A DNA stretch of 64,000 nucleotides from an uncultured Lachnospiraceae bacterium. GTDB lineage: Bacteria > Bacillota > Clostridia > Lachnospirales > Lachnospiraceae. The notes beneath the pieces were generated by a model. That model worked only from the letters and a program-made list of their open reading frames with translations. It ran no database searches and was not told the origin of the DNA. The stretch is from NCBI GenBank assembly GCA_910587955.1, contig CAJUNN010000005.1, forward strand, positions 7,268 to 71,267, in the 5' to 3' direction. Made by a program: the position numbers and the translations under genes. Below are positions 48,328-58,180 of this stretch, piece by piece (the stretch's first letter is position 1; each line of letters starts with the position of its first letter).

Positions 48328-49487
48328 ATGCCTTCCCCTCTCTGTTCCATCCCGGCCTCGTCTGCTATGCGCTCCAGCAGTGCCTCTGCTCCTGCCGTCT
48401 CTCCCAAAACGCCCAGCTTCATAGAAAAGGTTATAATTTCGCAGGAAAGCATTCCTCCGCTTCTATGATTTATATAGAATTTCATCCGTTCCAAAAGCCG
48501 TTCGGTGACAGCCTCCAAAAGCCCCTGCTCCTTGAGAATCTCCAGAGCCTCCTCCGTGGTTATACACTCCATCAGCGCCTGAACCGTCTCCTTTTTGGCT
48601 CCCAGCACTGCCGCATGGGCCGTGAGAATCTCCATGCGGCCATCGGCGTTCCGGGAATGGGTATTCATAATCCCCGCCGCCGCCTTCACAAGCTTTCCTA
48701 TATGGCCTGCCAGCAGAATCCCTTTGGCCCCGTATTCCGCCGCGGCGTCCACAGCCTCCCCCAGGTAATTGCTGTATTTCACAGACTGCCGGGACAGCCC
48801 CGGATACCTGGTATCCAGAAACGTAAGCCCGTAATTTCCAGGGACAAGAAGCAGATACTCCTTCCCTCCGGCCGCCTTTACCCGGAGTTCCGCGCGGATG
48901 GTCTCAATCAGGGCCGCCTCGCTCATAGGCTCCACAATCCCGCTGGTCCCGAGAACCGAGAGGCCTCCCCGGATTCCCAATCTGGGATTAAAGGTCTTTT
49001 CTGCCAGCTCTTCCCCGCCGGGAATAAAAATCAATACGGACAAACCGCCTTCATATCCGAAGCGGGCGCAGATCTTCTCCACTCCCTCCCGGATCATCTG
49101 CCTGGGCACCCGGTTGATGGCCGCGCTGCCCACCGGCTGCTCCAGCCCCGGCCGCGTCACCCGGCCCACGCCTTCGCCTCCGTCGATCGCGATTTCCGGC
49201 TTCCGTATTTTCCTGACTCTGGCATAAACCGTAAGCCCGTCCGTCACATCCGGATCGTCCCCCGCATCTTTGCGTATGCCGCAGCAGGCCTCCACCGGGG
49301 ACAAACAGGCATCCAGCACCTCCAGATGCAAGGCAATTCCCTTAGGCGTCATCAGCTCTACTTCCGCAGCCGGTTCCCCGGACAAAAGCATCCGGGCCGC
49401 CGCCTTGGCCGCCGCCGCCGCACAGGAGCCTGTGGTGTAGCCCAGGCGCAGGGTTTGATTGTTTTTATACACATACCGTTCCAGCAT
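48324..49487 (-). CDS. cbiD: Cobalt-precorrin-5B (C1)-methyltransferase
   Basis: LRLGYTTGSCAAAAAKAA is a CbiD hallmark. Confidence 0.92.
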   Translation of the reverse strand: MLERYVYKNNQTLRLGYTTGSCAAAAAKAAARMLLSGEPAAEVELMTPKGIALHLEVLDACLSPVEACCGIRKDAGDDPDVTDGLTVYARVRKIRKPEIAIDGGEGVGRVTRPGLEQPVGSAAINRVPRQMIREGVEKICARFGYEGGLSVLIFIPGGEELAEKTFNPRLGIRGGLSVLGTSGIVEPMSEAALIETIRAELRVKAAGGKEYLLLVPGNYGLTFLDTRYPGLSRQSVKYSNYLGEAVDAAAEYGAKGILLAGHIGKLVKAAAGIMNTHSRNADGRMEILTAHAAVLGAKKETVQALMECITTEEALEILKEQGLLEAVTERLLERMKFYINHRSGGMLSCEIITFSMKLGVLGETAGAEALLERIADEAGMEQRGEGI

Positions 49488-49523
49488 AACGTCTCTCCCA
49501 GCAGTCCGTCGTTCCTGCCGCCT

Positions 49524-50591
49524 TTAGTTTAGATGCTCGTAGGCCTCCACCTTGCCGTCGTTCCAGCCGGGCAGGCCGTAGTAAAGGGCCAGGGCATATT
49601 TGTAAAGACTGTAAGCCGTCACCGCCCCCGTACCCTCTCCCAGGTGCATGCCGCCGTAGATCACGGCCTCCATCCCCAAAGCATCCAGCATCATCTTCCC
49701 TGCCGGCTCGGCGGAACAGTGGGTGGGAACCATATAAGGCTTGCAGGCAGGCACGAGCCTCACCGCCCCGTAAGCCGCCACCGCAGAAATAAAGCCGTCA
49801 ATGAGCGCCGGGATCCTCCAGACGGCCGCTCCGATGTAGCAGCCCATCATCCCGGCGATATCCAGGCTCCCCACCTTGGACAGCACATCCAGAATATCTT
49901 CTCTCTTCGGGCGGTTCACCTCAATGGCCTTTTCAATCACCTGGATTTTATGCCTGAGCCCCTCACTGGAAAGCCCGGCTCCCCGCCCGGTCATCTCTGC
50001 CGGATCCCGGGAGAGAAGGACCGAGGCCATGGCCGAACTGGGGGTGGTATTTCCGATCCCCATCTCCCCGGTGATGATCATCCGGCAGCCTTCCCGGTAC
50101 AGTTCCTCTACCGTACGGATCCCCACCAGAATTCCTTTCAGGGCTTCCTGTCTGGTCATGGCCGGCTCTTTTGCAATATTCCCCGTGCCGTAGCGCACCA
50201 CCCGGCTGCGGATGCGGGAATGCTTTCCCTCCGTCAGCATGCCGATATTTACCGGAATCACTTCAATCCCCTCCGTCTTTGCCATCACGCACACGGAAGA
50301 TATGCGATCCCCCATATTTTCCAGCACCTGGGCCGTCACCTCGCTGCCAGTCTGGCTGACGCCCTCCGCCACCACGCCGTTGTCCGCCCCCATAATGACC
50401 ACCATAGGTTTCTCCGGCCTGGGCTCGGCCGTCCCGTAAATTCCGGCCAGTTGAACCAGCATTTCCTCCAGCTTTCCCATCCCCCGAAGTGGTTTACATA
50501 ATGAATCCCAGTGATGCCAGGCTTTCTCCATGGCCTCTTCATCCAGAGGACGGATGCGTCCGGCATACTCCTCCAAAAGCTCCTGTTCCAT
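49524..50591 (-). CDS. cobT: Nicotinate-nucleotide--dimethylbenzimidazole phosphoribosyltransferase
   Basis: ITGEMGIGNTTPSSA is a CobT hallmark. 355 aa. Confidence 0.9.
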   Translation of the reverse strand: MEQELLEEYAGRIRPLDEEAMEKAWHHWDSLCKPLRGMGKLEEMLVQLAGIYGTAEPRPEKPMVVIMGADNGVVAEGVSQTGSEVTAQVLENMGDRISSVCVMAKTEGIEVIPVNIGMLTEGKHSRIRSRVVRYGTGNIAKEPAMTRQEALKGILVGIRTVEELYREGCRMIITGEMGIGNTTPSSAMASVLLSRDPAEMTGRGAGLSSEGLRHKIQVIEKAIEVNRPKREDILDVLSKVGSLDIAGMMGCYIGAAVWRIPALIDGFISAVAAYGAVRLVPACKPYMVPTHCSAEPAGKMMLDALGMEAVIYGGMHLGEGTGAVTAYSLYKYALALYYGLPGWNDGKVEAYEHLN

Positions 50592-50609
50592 TTCCCTCTG
50601 TCCTTCCCT

Positions 50610-51239
50610 TTACTTTTGATACAGCATGGCATTGCAGACGGCGGCAGCAATGTTGCTTCCCCCTTTGCGTCCCTTTGGCACAATGTAGGGAACTCCTGCC
50701 GTCATAATCAGTTCCTTGGCTTCCACCACATTCACAAAACCTACCGGCGCGCCGATGATCAGCACCGGCCGGATGCTTCCCTCCTGAATGAGCTCAAAAA
50801 GCCGGATAAGGGCCGTAGGCGCATTCCCCACTGCAATCACCAGTTCCCCGGAAAGCCCGGCGGCCCGATCCATGCAGACGGCTGCCCTGGTGCATCCCTT
50901 CCGGGCCGCCTCCTCTGCCACCTCCGGCGCATCCATAAAGCAGTGCACCTCCCCGCCGTACTCCGCAAGCCTCTTTTTGTTGATGCCTGAAGCGGCCATA
51001 CGGGTATCCGTCACAATGGAGGCGCCTCTTTTCAAAGCCTCCACCCCAATCTTTGCGGCATCTTTTGAAAAGCAGAGGTTCCTGGCATAGTCAAAGTCCG
51101 CCGAGGTGTGAATGCAGCGCTTAACAATGGAAAATTCCGGTTCCGGCCAGGTTTCCCCCTGAAGCTCCTGCCGGATGATTTCCATGCTCCTAGCCTCAAT
51201 GTCCGCCGGTTTTACCAGTTCAATTCTTTCTAACATCAT
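50610..51239 (-). CDS. cbiC: Cobalt-precorrin-8 methylmutase
   Basis: 209 aa with CbiC/CobH pattern (IEARSMEIIRQEL ... HTSADFDY ... GNAPTAL). Confidence 0.9.
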   Translation of the reverse strand: MMLERIELVKPADIEARSMEIIRQELQGETWPEPEFSIVKRCIHTSADFDYARNLCFSKDAAKIGVEALKRGASIVTDTRMAASGINKKRLAEYGGEVHCFMDAPEVAEEAARKGCTRAAVCMDRAAGLSGELVIAVGNAPTALIRLFELIQEGSIRPVLIIGAPVGFVNVVEAKELIMTAGVPYIVPKGRKGGSNIAAAVCNAMLYQK

Positions 51240-52741
51240 TCACCTCCAAAAACAATCCCATAGATTTTTTCCATATACAGGGACCTGCGTACAAGGTCCG
51301 CCAGCTTGTCATATTCCTGCTGCTTATGGGCTTCCGGATCAAAATGCCAGTCCCTGGGTTCCAGTCCTTTCCGGATCCGCAGGCGGTTGACCACCAGAGA
51401 CGCCAGATCCCCGGAGTCAAAAATGCCATGCAGATAAGTGCCGAAGACGGTTCCCACGGCATTCCCCAAGCCATCCGCCCGCCCGTCCTCCAGACGGATG
51501 GTCTCCTGGCAGCGCCCCAAATTCCAGGTGCGTCCCATGTGAATCTCATAACCCAGCACATCTTTTCCGGTGGTGCTGTAGGGCACGTCCTCCTCCCGGA
51601 TCACGCAGCCACTGATCCGGGTCCGCGTCTTGCCCCTGCCGAAGACGGTCCGGGCATTCAAAAGCCCCATGCCCTGCATGACGCCCCCATGCTCCACATG
51701 TTCCGGATCCTCCAAAAGCTCTCCCAGCATCTGGTAGCCCCCGCAGATTCCCACCACGGGAGTTTTTCTTTGGGCCCGGGACACCACTGCCCGCTCCATG
51801 CCGGACCTCCGCATCCACTCCAGATCGTCCATGGTATTCTTGGTTCCCGGAAGCAGGATGAGATCGGGAGATCCCAGCCTCCCCGCCTCCTTCACATAGC
51901 GCAGGGACACGCCCTCCATGCGCTCAAACACATTGAAATCAGTAAAATTGGAAATATGGGGCAGGCAGACAACCGCAATGTCAATGCCTTCTCCCGCCTC
52001 CCGGTGGTTCAGCCGCTCGGAAAGACTGTCCTCGTCGTCCAGATCCAGAGTCTCCATAGGCACCACTCCCATAACCGGAATTCCCGTTCTCTCCTCAATC
52101 ATCTTAAGGCCCGGTTTCAGAATCTCCCTGTCGCCCCGGAATTTATTGATGATAAATCCCTTGATCCGTTTCTGCTCTTCCTCCTCCAGAAGCTTCACGG
52201 TCCCGTAGAGGGAGGCGAAAACGCCCCCGCGGTCAATGTCCCCGGCCAGAAGCACCGGAGCGTCCGCAATCCGGGCCATTCCCATATTAACAATGTCATT
52301 TTCCTTTAAATTGATCTCTGCCGGACTTCCCGCCCCCTCGATAACAATAATATCATAGGCGGAAGAAAGACGGCCAAAGGCTTTCTCAATCTCCGGAATC
52401 AGCTCTTTCTTGTGGGCATAGTAATCCATGGCATTCTGATTGCCCCGGACTTCTCCGTTTACAATCACCTGGCTGCCTGACTGGCTGGTAGGCTTTAAAA
52501 GAATGGGATTCATATCTACCGTGGGCTCAATCCCGGCTGCCTCCGCCTGCATAGCCTGGGCGCGCCCAATCTCCAGCCCTTCCCTGGTAATATAGGAATT
52601 GAGTGCCATGTTCTGGGATTTAAACGGCGCAGTCCGGTATCCGTCCTGCATAAAAACCCGGCACAGTCCGGCAACCAGAAAGCTTTTTCCCGCATTGGAC
52701 ATGGTCCCCTGCACCATAATGACTTTTGCCTTATGTTCCAT
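51236..52741 (-). CDS. cbiP: Cobyric acid synthase
   Basis: IMVQGTMSNAGKS P-loop and a C-terminal GATase ICGGYQMLG. The start is set at MEHKAKVIMVQG, overlapping the cobD stop by 11 nt. Confidence 0.92.
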   Translation of the reverse strand: MEHKAKVIMVQGTMSNAGKSFLVAGLCRVFMQDGYRTAPFKSQNMALNSYITREGLEIGRAQAMQAEAAGIEPTVDMNPILLKPTSQSGSQVIVNGEVRGNQNAMDYYAHKKELIPEIEKAFGRLSSAYDIIVIEGAGSPAEINLKENDIVNMGMARIADAPVLLAGDIDRGGVFASLYGTVKLLEEEEQKRIKGFIINKFRGDREILKPGLKMIEERTGIPVMGVVPMETLDLDDEDSLSERLNHREAGEGIDIAVVCLPHISNFTDFNVFERMEGVSLRYVKEAGRLGSPDLILLPGTKNTMDDLEWMRRSGMERAVVSRAQRKTPVVGICGGYQMLGELLEDPEHVEHGGVMQGMGLLNARTVFGRGKTRTRISGCVIREEDVPYSTTGKDVLGYEIHMGRTWNLGRCQETIRLEDGRADGLGNAVGTVFGTYLHGIFDSGDLASLVVNRLRIRKGLEPRDWHFDPEAHKQQEYDKLADLVRRSLYMEKIYGIVFGGE

Positions 52742-53840
52742 CCGCTTCACTCCTGTTTTCCTTCCCTGCAATCTCTCTAAGGACCCCCAGAAACACTTCA
52801 TTCTCTTCTGCCGTGCGCACGGCGGCCCGGTAATGCTCCTCCGTGAGGCCCCGGTAATTGGCGCAGCTCCGCAGAAGAATTCCCCGCTCCAGCAGCTTTT
52901 CACAGAGATTTTTCTCTCCCGGCGCCCGGAAACAAAGATAGTTGGCCCTCCCGTCGCAGACGAAAAAGCCCAGCCTTTCAAGCTCCGCTTTCATCCGCTT
53001 CCGCTCCCGTTCTATGAGGCAAAACGTCCGTTCCCGAAACCCGGCCGCCTGCAGGGCTCCCAGCCCCGCCGCCTGCGCAGGCACCGACACGGCCCAGGGC
53101 TGCCCGGCTTTTTCCATCCCTGCCAGCAGCTCCCGATCCGCAGACATTACATAGCCCAAACGCAGGCCCGGCATGGCATAGAGCTTTGTAAAAGATTTGA
53201 GAATCACCAAATTGGGATACCGCTTAAGACAGTCTCCCAGGGTATACTCCCGCTGCTCCGGCACAAAATCCAGAAAGCACTCGTCCAAAAAGACCCGCAC
53301 TCCCAGGGCCTGGGCCCGGTCTGCCAGAGCCGTCAGAAGCTCCCGGCCGGTCAAAAGCCCCGTTGGATTATTGGGATTGCAGAGAAAAATCAGATCCAAA
53401 TCCTCTGTGACGGCCGAAAGAATATCCTCCCGGACCGCAAGGTCTTCTCCCAGACTCCAGCGGCGGATCTCTGCCCCCGCCTGGACAAGGGCTTCTTCAT
53501 ACTCTGCAAAGGCCGGCGCCGTCACCAGAGCCTTCCCCGGCTTTAAGGCATACACAAGGCGGTAGATAAGATCCGCCCCTCCGTTCCCGCACAAGATCTC
53601 TTCCGGATCCCTTCCCTCAGCCTCTGCAATGGCTTTGCAAAGCTTCCGGCAAAAGGGATCCGGGTAGTGCTGTGCTTCCGAAATCCCTGCAAGAACCGCC
53701 TCGCGCACCTGGCGGGGCATCCCCAGAGGATTGATATTGGCGGAGAAATCCAGCAGTTCTTCCGGCCTCTTTCCGCTTTTCACGGAAGCTCCCAGACGAT
53801 CCCCCCCGTGAACGGCCTCCCGGCACTTTACACGCTTCAT
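52731..53840 (-). CDS. cobD: L-threonine-O-3-phosphate decarboxylase (class I/II aminotransferase fold)
   Basis: HGGD..., NPNNPTG, and the PLP-lysine context SFTKLYAMPGLRLGY. The ATG at 53838-53840 overlaps the upstream stop (ATGA). Confidence 0.85.
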   Translation of the reverse strand: MKRVKCREAVHGGDRLGASVKSGKRPEELLDFSANINPLGMPRQVREAVLAGISEAQHYPDPFCRKLCKAIAEAEGRDPEEILCGNGGADLIYRLVYALKPGKALVTAPAFAEYEEALVQAGAEIRRWSLGEDLAVREDILSAVTEDLDLIFLCNPNNPTGLLTGRELLTALADRAQALGVRVFLDECFLDFVPEQREYTLGDCLKRYPNLVILKSFTKLYAMPGLRLGYVMSADRELLAGMEKAGQPWAVSVPAQAAGLGALQAAGFRERTFCLIERERKRMKAELERLGFFVCDGRANYLCFRAPGEKNLCEKLLERGILLRSCANYRGLTEEHYRAAVRTAEENEVFLGVLREIAGKENRSEADGT

Positions 53841-56236
53841 GTTTCCCAGTCCTCTCGTATCACATCCCGGATTCCCTCCGCCGTGTAGACGGATGCACTC
53901 TTGTAGACCGGAATCCCCAAACGGCAGGCCGCCTTCTCCGTCACCGGACCAATACAAATGACCTTCGCCCGGACTCCGCCCGGATCCTTTACCATCCCTG
54001 CGAAAGCTTTTGCCGCCGAAGCGCTTGCCAGGGTAATGTAGTCCACCCGGGACAGCATCCGCTCCAGGGCTTCTTTCTTCCGCTCATCCGCTTCCGTACC
54101 GTAAAGGGGAACTGCCGTATAGGAAATACCAGCCGCCCTGCAGGCATCCGGAAGCTCCCCGGAAGCTTCCCGCGCCCGCAAAAGCAAAAGCCGGTCGCTC
54201 CCTGCAAGCTGCGGAATCCACTCCCGGGCCAAATCCGCACTGGAAAAACGGCTGGGAACAAAATCCGCATAGATTCCGTGTTCCTCCAAAGCCTCCCGGG
54301 TTCCCTGGCCGATGACGGCAAACTTCATAAAAGAAAGACGCCGCACATCCAATTTCCGTTCTTTCGCATACCGGAAAAACAGCTCCACGCCGTTTGCGCT
54401 GGTAAATACAATCCAGGTATAAGCCTCCAGTCTGTCAAAAGCCTGGTCTAATTCCGGGGTGACGAGAGCCTTTGTGCGGATCAGGCTTAAGGATACCGGC
54501 TCCGCCCCCTCCTTCTCAAAGACCTCCCGCTGCTTTTCGCACATAGACCGGGTTCCCGTGAGAAGAATCCTGGCTCCGAAAAGAGAGCCCCTGCCAAACC
54601 AGGACAACTCCTCCTTAAGGGACACCACTTGGCCTACCACCGTCACCGCAGGCGTCTTGATGCCCGCTTCCCGGGCCTTCCCGGCAATCTCGCAAAGTTT
54701 CCCGCACACGCATCTCTGCCGGGCCGTGGTCCCCTCCTGGATTACTGCCGCCGGCGTCTCCGGATCCTTTCCGTTGGCGATCAGCGCCTCCGCAATATGG
54801 GGCAGGCTTCCAAGCCCCATAAGAAAGACCAGGGTTCCCTCCTCCCGGGCCAGGGTAGCGTAGTCCAGGGCCGGTCCCTCCTTGCCACTGCTCTCATGCC
54901 CCGTAATTACATGAAAAGATGAGGCGAATTCCCGGTGCGTCACCGGAATTCCCCCATAGGCCGCAGCCGCATAGCAGGAAGACACGCCGGGAACCACTTC
55001 AAATTCAATCCCCGCTTTGTGAAGCTCCCAAGCTTCCTCTCCGCCTCTTCCGAAGATGAAGGGATCTCCCCCTTTCAGACGGGCAACGTTCTTTCCCTCC
55101 AGCGCCTTCTCAACCAGCAGCCTGTTTGTCTCCTCCTGTCTGAGATGATGATGAGAGGCCCGCTTTCCCGCGTAAATAAGCTCCGCATCTTCCCTGGCCT
55201 CATTGAGGGCGCAGTCTGTCCCCAGATTGTCATAGACAATCACGTCTGCCCTGCGGATACAGTCCAGGCATTTCCGGGTGAGAAGGCTTAAGTCTCCCGG
55301 CCCGGCCCCCAGAAGCCAGACCTTTCCCTTCTTCACCTCTTGGGCCATCCGTATTCCCAGGTCCTTAACTGTCCTCCGGGCATCCGCCTGCGGATCTGCG
55401 CCCTGAACACGTTCCCTGGCATAGGCATAGCGGGGGGACCTCCCGTCCCGGGCATACATGACCCGCATCTCAATCCCGTTCTCTCCCACCCGGCACAGGC
55501 CGGCCGCAGGCGCATTGCAGCTCCCGCCGATGGCAGACAAGAAGCTCCGCTCCGCTTCCAGCTCCAGGGCCGCCTGCTCACAGTGAATGGCTGCAAGAAC
55601 CTCCTCCATATGGCCCTTTGGGGCCTCCACAGCCAGAATCCCCTGTCCAGCGGCCGGAAGAAAGGTATCCGGATTTAGATACTCCAGACAGAAATTCTCC
55701 TCTTTTAGAAGTCCCAGCCGCGAAAGTCCCGCGGCCGCAAGCAGGATGCCGTCGTATTGCCCCTCCTGAAGCTTTCGGAGCCGGGTAAGGACATTTCCCC
55801 TAAGAAGCGCCACCCGGATCCCGGGATTGACAGCCTTCGCCTGCAGCTCTCTCCGCAGGGAACTGGTCCCCACCACGCTTCCGGCCGGCAGGTCCGAAAG
55901 GGCTCTGCCGTCCCTTGTTACAAATACATCCCGGCAGTCTGCCCGCTCCAGAACCGCACCGATGCACAGCCCTCGCGGGAACTCCATGGGCATATCTTTG
56001 GCGCTGTGAACTGCCAGATCGATTTCTCCCTTTAAAAGCGCTTCCTCCAGCTCTTTGGTAAAAACTCCCTTTCCTCCAAAGGAGGTGAGAGAGCGATCAA
56101 GAATCTCGTCTCCCCGGGTGGACAGCTCCATAAGCTCCACTTCCGCCTCCGGGAAAGCCGCCTCAATCTTTTGCTTTACCAGTTCTGTCTGCACCAGGGC
56201 CAGCCTGCTCTTTCTCGTACCGATTCGAATTCTCAT
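53837..56236 (-). CDS. hemC-cobA-hemD: Tri-domain fusion: hydroxymethylbilane synthase (HemC) + uroporphyrinogen-III C-methyltransferase (CobA) + uroporphyrinogen-III synthase (HemD)
   Basis: The N-terminus IRIGTRKSRLALVQT is HemC-like. The middle VWLLGAGPGDLSLLT ... is the SUMT domain. The C-terminal roughly 250 aa (ARILLTGTRSM...) are HemD-like. 799 aa in total. Confidence 0.85.
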   Translation of the reverse strand: MRIRIGTRKSRLALVQTELVKQKIEAAFPEAEVELMELSTRGDEILDRSLTSFGGKGVFTKELEEALLKGEIDLAVHSAKDMPMEFPRGLCIGAVLERADCRDVFVTRDGRALSDLPAGSVVGTSSLRRELQAKAVNPGIRVALLRGNVLTRLRKLQEGQYDGILLAAAGLSRLGLLKEENFCLEYLNPDTFLPAAGQGILAVEAPKGHMEEVLAAIHCEQAALELEAERSFLSAIGGSCNAPAAGLCRVGENGIEMRVMYARDGRSPRYAYARERVQGADPQADARRTVKDLGIRMAQEVKKGKVWLLGAGPGDLSLLTRKCLDCIRRADVIVYDNLGTDCALNEAREDAELIYAGKRASHHHLRQEETNRLLVEKALEGKNVARLKGGDPFIFGRGGEEAWELHKAGIEFEVVPGVSSCYAAAAYGGIPVTHREFASSFHVITGHESSGKEGPALDYATLAREEGTLVFLMGLGSLPHIAEALIANGKDPETPAAVIQEGTTARQRCVCGKLCEIAGKAREAGIKTPAVTVVGQVVSLKEELSWFGRGSLFGARILLTGTRSMCEKQREVFEKEGAEPVSLSLIRTKALVTPELDQAFDRLEAYTWIVFTSANGVELFFRYAKERKLDVRRLSFMKFAVIGQGTREALEEHGIYADFVPSRFSSADLAREWIPQLAGSDRLLLLRAREASGELPDACRAAGISYTAVPLYGTEADERKKEALERMLSRVDYITLASASAAKAFAGMVKDPGGVRAKVICIGPVTEKAACRLGIPVYKSASVYTAEGIRDVIREDWET

Positions 56237-56964
56237 ACCTCATACCCTCTCGGCGTAATCATACGGTTCCCGCTTACATACGTCTGGGAATTTCCAATCA
56301 GAACCACACTGAACATATCAATTTCCGCGTCTTTCAAGTGTTCCAGCGTGGTAATCTGCGCCCGCTCGTCTTTGCGGCCTGCATTGCGCACAATGCCCAC
56401 CGGCGTCTCCTTCTTCCGGTAGCTCATGAGAATCTTTGCCGCCTGCTCCACATACCCGGTCCGCTTTTTACTCTTGGGATTGTACAGGCAGACAATGAGA
56501 TCTCCCTGGCCGGCACAGTCTACCCGTTTCATAATGAGATCAAGAGGGGTCATCAGATCGCTTAAACTGATGACCGCAAAATCGTGCATCAAAGGAGCTC
56601 CCAGCACGGAAGCCGCCGCACTGGCCGCCGTAACGCCCGGCACTGTCTCAATTTCGATCTCCGCTCCCATCTCTTCCGCAACCTGGTAGATAATACCTGC
56701 CATACCGTAGATACCACTGTCCCCGGAGCTCACCATAGCCACGGTCTGTCCTTTCACCGCTTCCTCTACCGCCATGCGGCAGCGCTTTATCTCCTGCATC
56801 ATGGGTGTGGCCAGGTATGTTTTCTCCGGGAAATATTCCTTCAGCATATCTACATACGTGGTATACCCGGTTACGACATCCGCTTCCCGGATCACCCGGA
56901 TACATTTGTCAGTCATATGTTCATAGCCTCCCGGCCCAAAACCCACTACGTACAATTTTCCCAT
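56233..56964 (-). CDS. cbiH: Cobalt-factor III / precorrin-3B C17-methyltransferase
   Basis: LYVVGFGPGGYEHMT ... VSSGDSGIYGMAG is a CbiH/CobJ pattern. Confidence 0.9.
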   Translation of the reverse strand: MGKLYVVGFGPGGYEHMTDKCIRVIREADVVTGYTTYVDMLKEYFPEKTYLATPMMQEIKRCRMAVEEAVKGQTVAMVSSGDSGIYGMAGIIYQVAEEMGAEIEIETVPGVTAASAAASVLGAPLMHDFAVISLSDLMTPLDLIMKRVDCAGQGDLIVCLYNPKSKKRTGYVEQAAKILMSYRKKETPVGIVRNAGRKDERAQITTLEHLKDAEIDMFSVVLIGNSQTYVSGNRMITPRGYEV

Positions 56965-56980
56965 AAATTTGCGTCCTCTC

Positions 56981-58180
56981 TTATTCCTGACTCTCCGGCT
57001 CCCTGATACACCGGAAGAAACTTTTCAGTTCCTCTGGATCCGCCTGTTCCCGGATTCGGTAAAACAACTTATCGATGGCCTTCTCAAAGCCCTTTTTCTC
57101 TGCCTCTGCCAGCATCCATGCCTTGGTTTTCTCCATCTGGGGCACGGACCACTGGAAAATCATCCAGCGCATGAAATCTTCCGCATATTCCTGAAGAATC
57201 TCCCCTGCCTCCCGGGCCGCCCGCTTTTTGGCCAGATTGTTGGCCTTAGCCAGCTCCTCAAAATCATCCATATTAAAAAGGAAGGTCCTGGGTAGCTCTC
57301 CTATCCGCTCTTCAATGTCCACGGGAACCGCCAAATCCACAAACACCCGGACCTTATCCGTCCGAAGCCGCTCCTGCACCTTGGAACAAGCCATGGTATA
57401 GTGGGGACTGGCTGTGGCGCTGATAATCACATCCATTTCGTCCACATAGTTGTAACGCTCCCGGTAATCGATCACCGTACTGCTTTCGCTTTTAAAATGG
57501 GCATCGTGGCTCAGTGTCACACTGCGGATGGTGCTGTAAATACGGATCCCCTTCATACTGTATAGATTTTTCAGGACAATGCTGCCAATCTGCCCGGTTC
57601 CGCCAATTACCAGAACTTTCTTCCCGGCCAGATCTCCCAAAACCTCCTCCGCGGCTTTGATGGCCAAGGTAGCCGTAGACACGGAAGATTTGGACAAGTC
57701 CGTCTCTGTCTTAATCTTCTTGGCGCAGGTGACAGCATAGCGGAACAGGGTATTGAGATATTTTCCTGCCGTTCCCGTCTCCCTGGCCTGTTCATGGGCC
57801 TTCTTTACCTGCCCGAGTATCTGATCCTCTCCCACCACCATGGAATCCAGCCCTGCCGTCACGGAAAAGAGATGCCGCACTGCTTTCTCGTCCTGGTAGA
57901 AACGCAGGTAATCCGCAATATGCTCTGTCTTCAAGGCCCCTGCCTCCCGAAGAAGGATCTGCTGAAGCCTCTGGAACAGATTCTGCCTGCGGCCGGAATC
58001 CGCCGCATACACATAAATTTCGGTCCGGTTGCAGGTCGCAATCACCACGCATTCCTGCACGCCGCCCTCTTTCAGAAACGTAAGACCCAGCCGCTCCTGC
58101 TGCTCCTGTGTAAAAGCAAACAGCCTGCGGATCTCCAGCGGAGCCGTCTTGTGGCTGATGCTCAATAGCTGAATCCCCAT
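56981..58180 (-). CDS. hemA: Glutamyl-tRNA reductase
   Basis: LSISHKTAPLEIRR and ATCNRTEIY (catalytic Cys) are HemA hallmarks. Confidence 0.92.
   Translation of the reverse strand: MGIQLLSISHKTAPLEIRRLFAFTQEQQERLGLTFLKEGGVQECVVIATCNRTEIYVYAADSGRRQNLFQRLQQILLREAGALKTEHIADYLRFYQDEKAVRHLFSVTAGLDSMVVGEDQILGQVKKAHEQARETGTAGKYLNTLFRYAVTCAKKIKTETDLSKSSVSTATLAIKAAEEVLGDLAGKKVLVIGGTGQIGSIVLKNLYSMKGIRIYSTIRSVTLSHDAHFKSESSTVIDYRERYNYVDEMDVIISATASPHYTMACSKVQERLRTDKVRVFVDLAVPVDIEERIGELPRTFLFNMDDFEELAKANNLAKKRAAREAGEILQEYAEDFMRWMIFQWSVPQMEKTKAWMLAEAEKKGFEKAIDKLFYRIREQADPEELKSFFRCIREPESQE

Noticed and set aside
48465-50501. Two long plus-strand ORFs (355 aa and 322 aa)
   Set aside because: They are antisense shadows of cbiD and cobT, with Arg/Pro/Gly/His-rich compositions and no translation signals.
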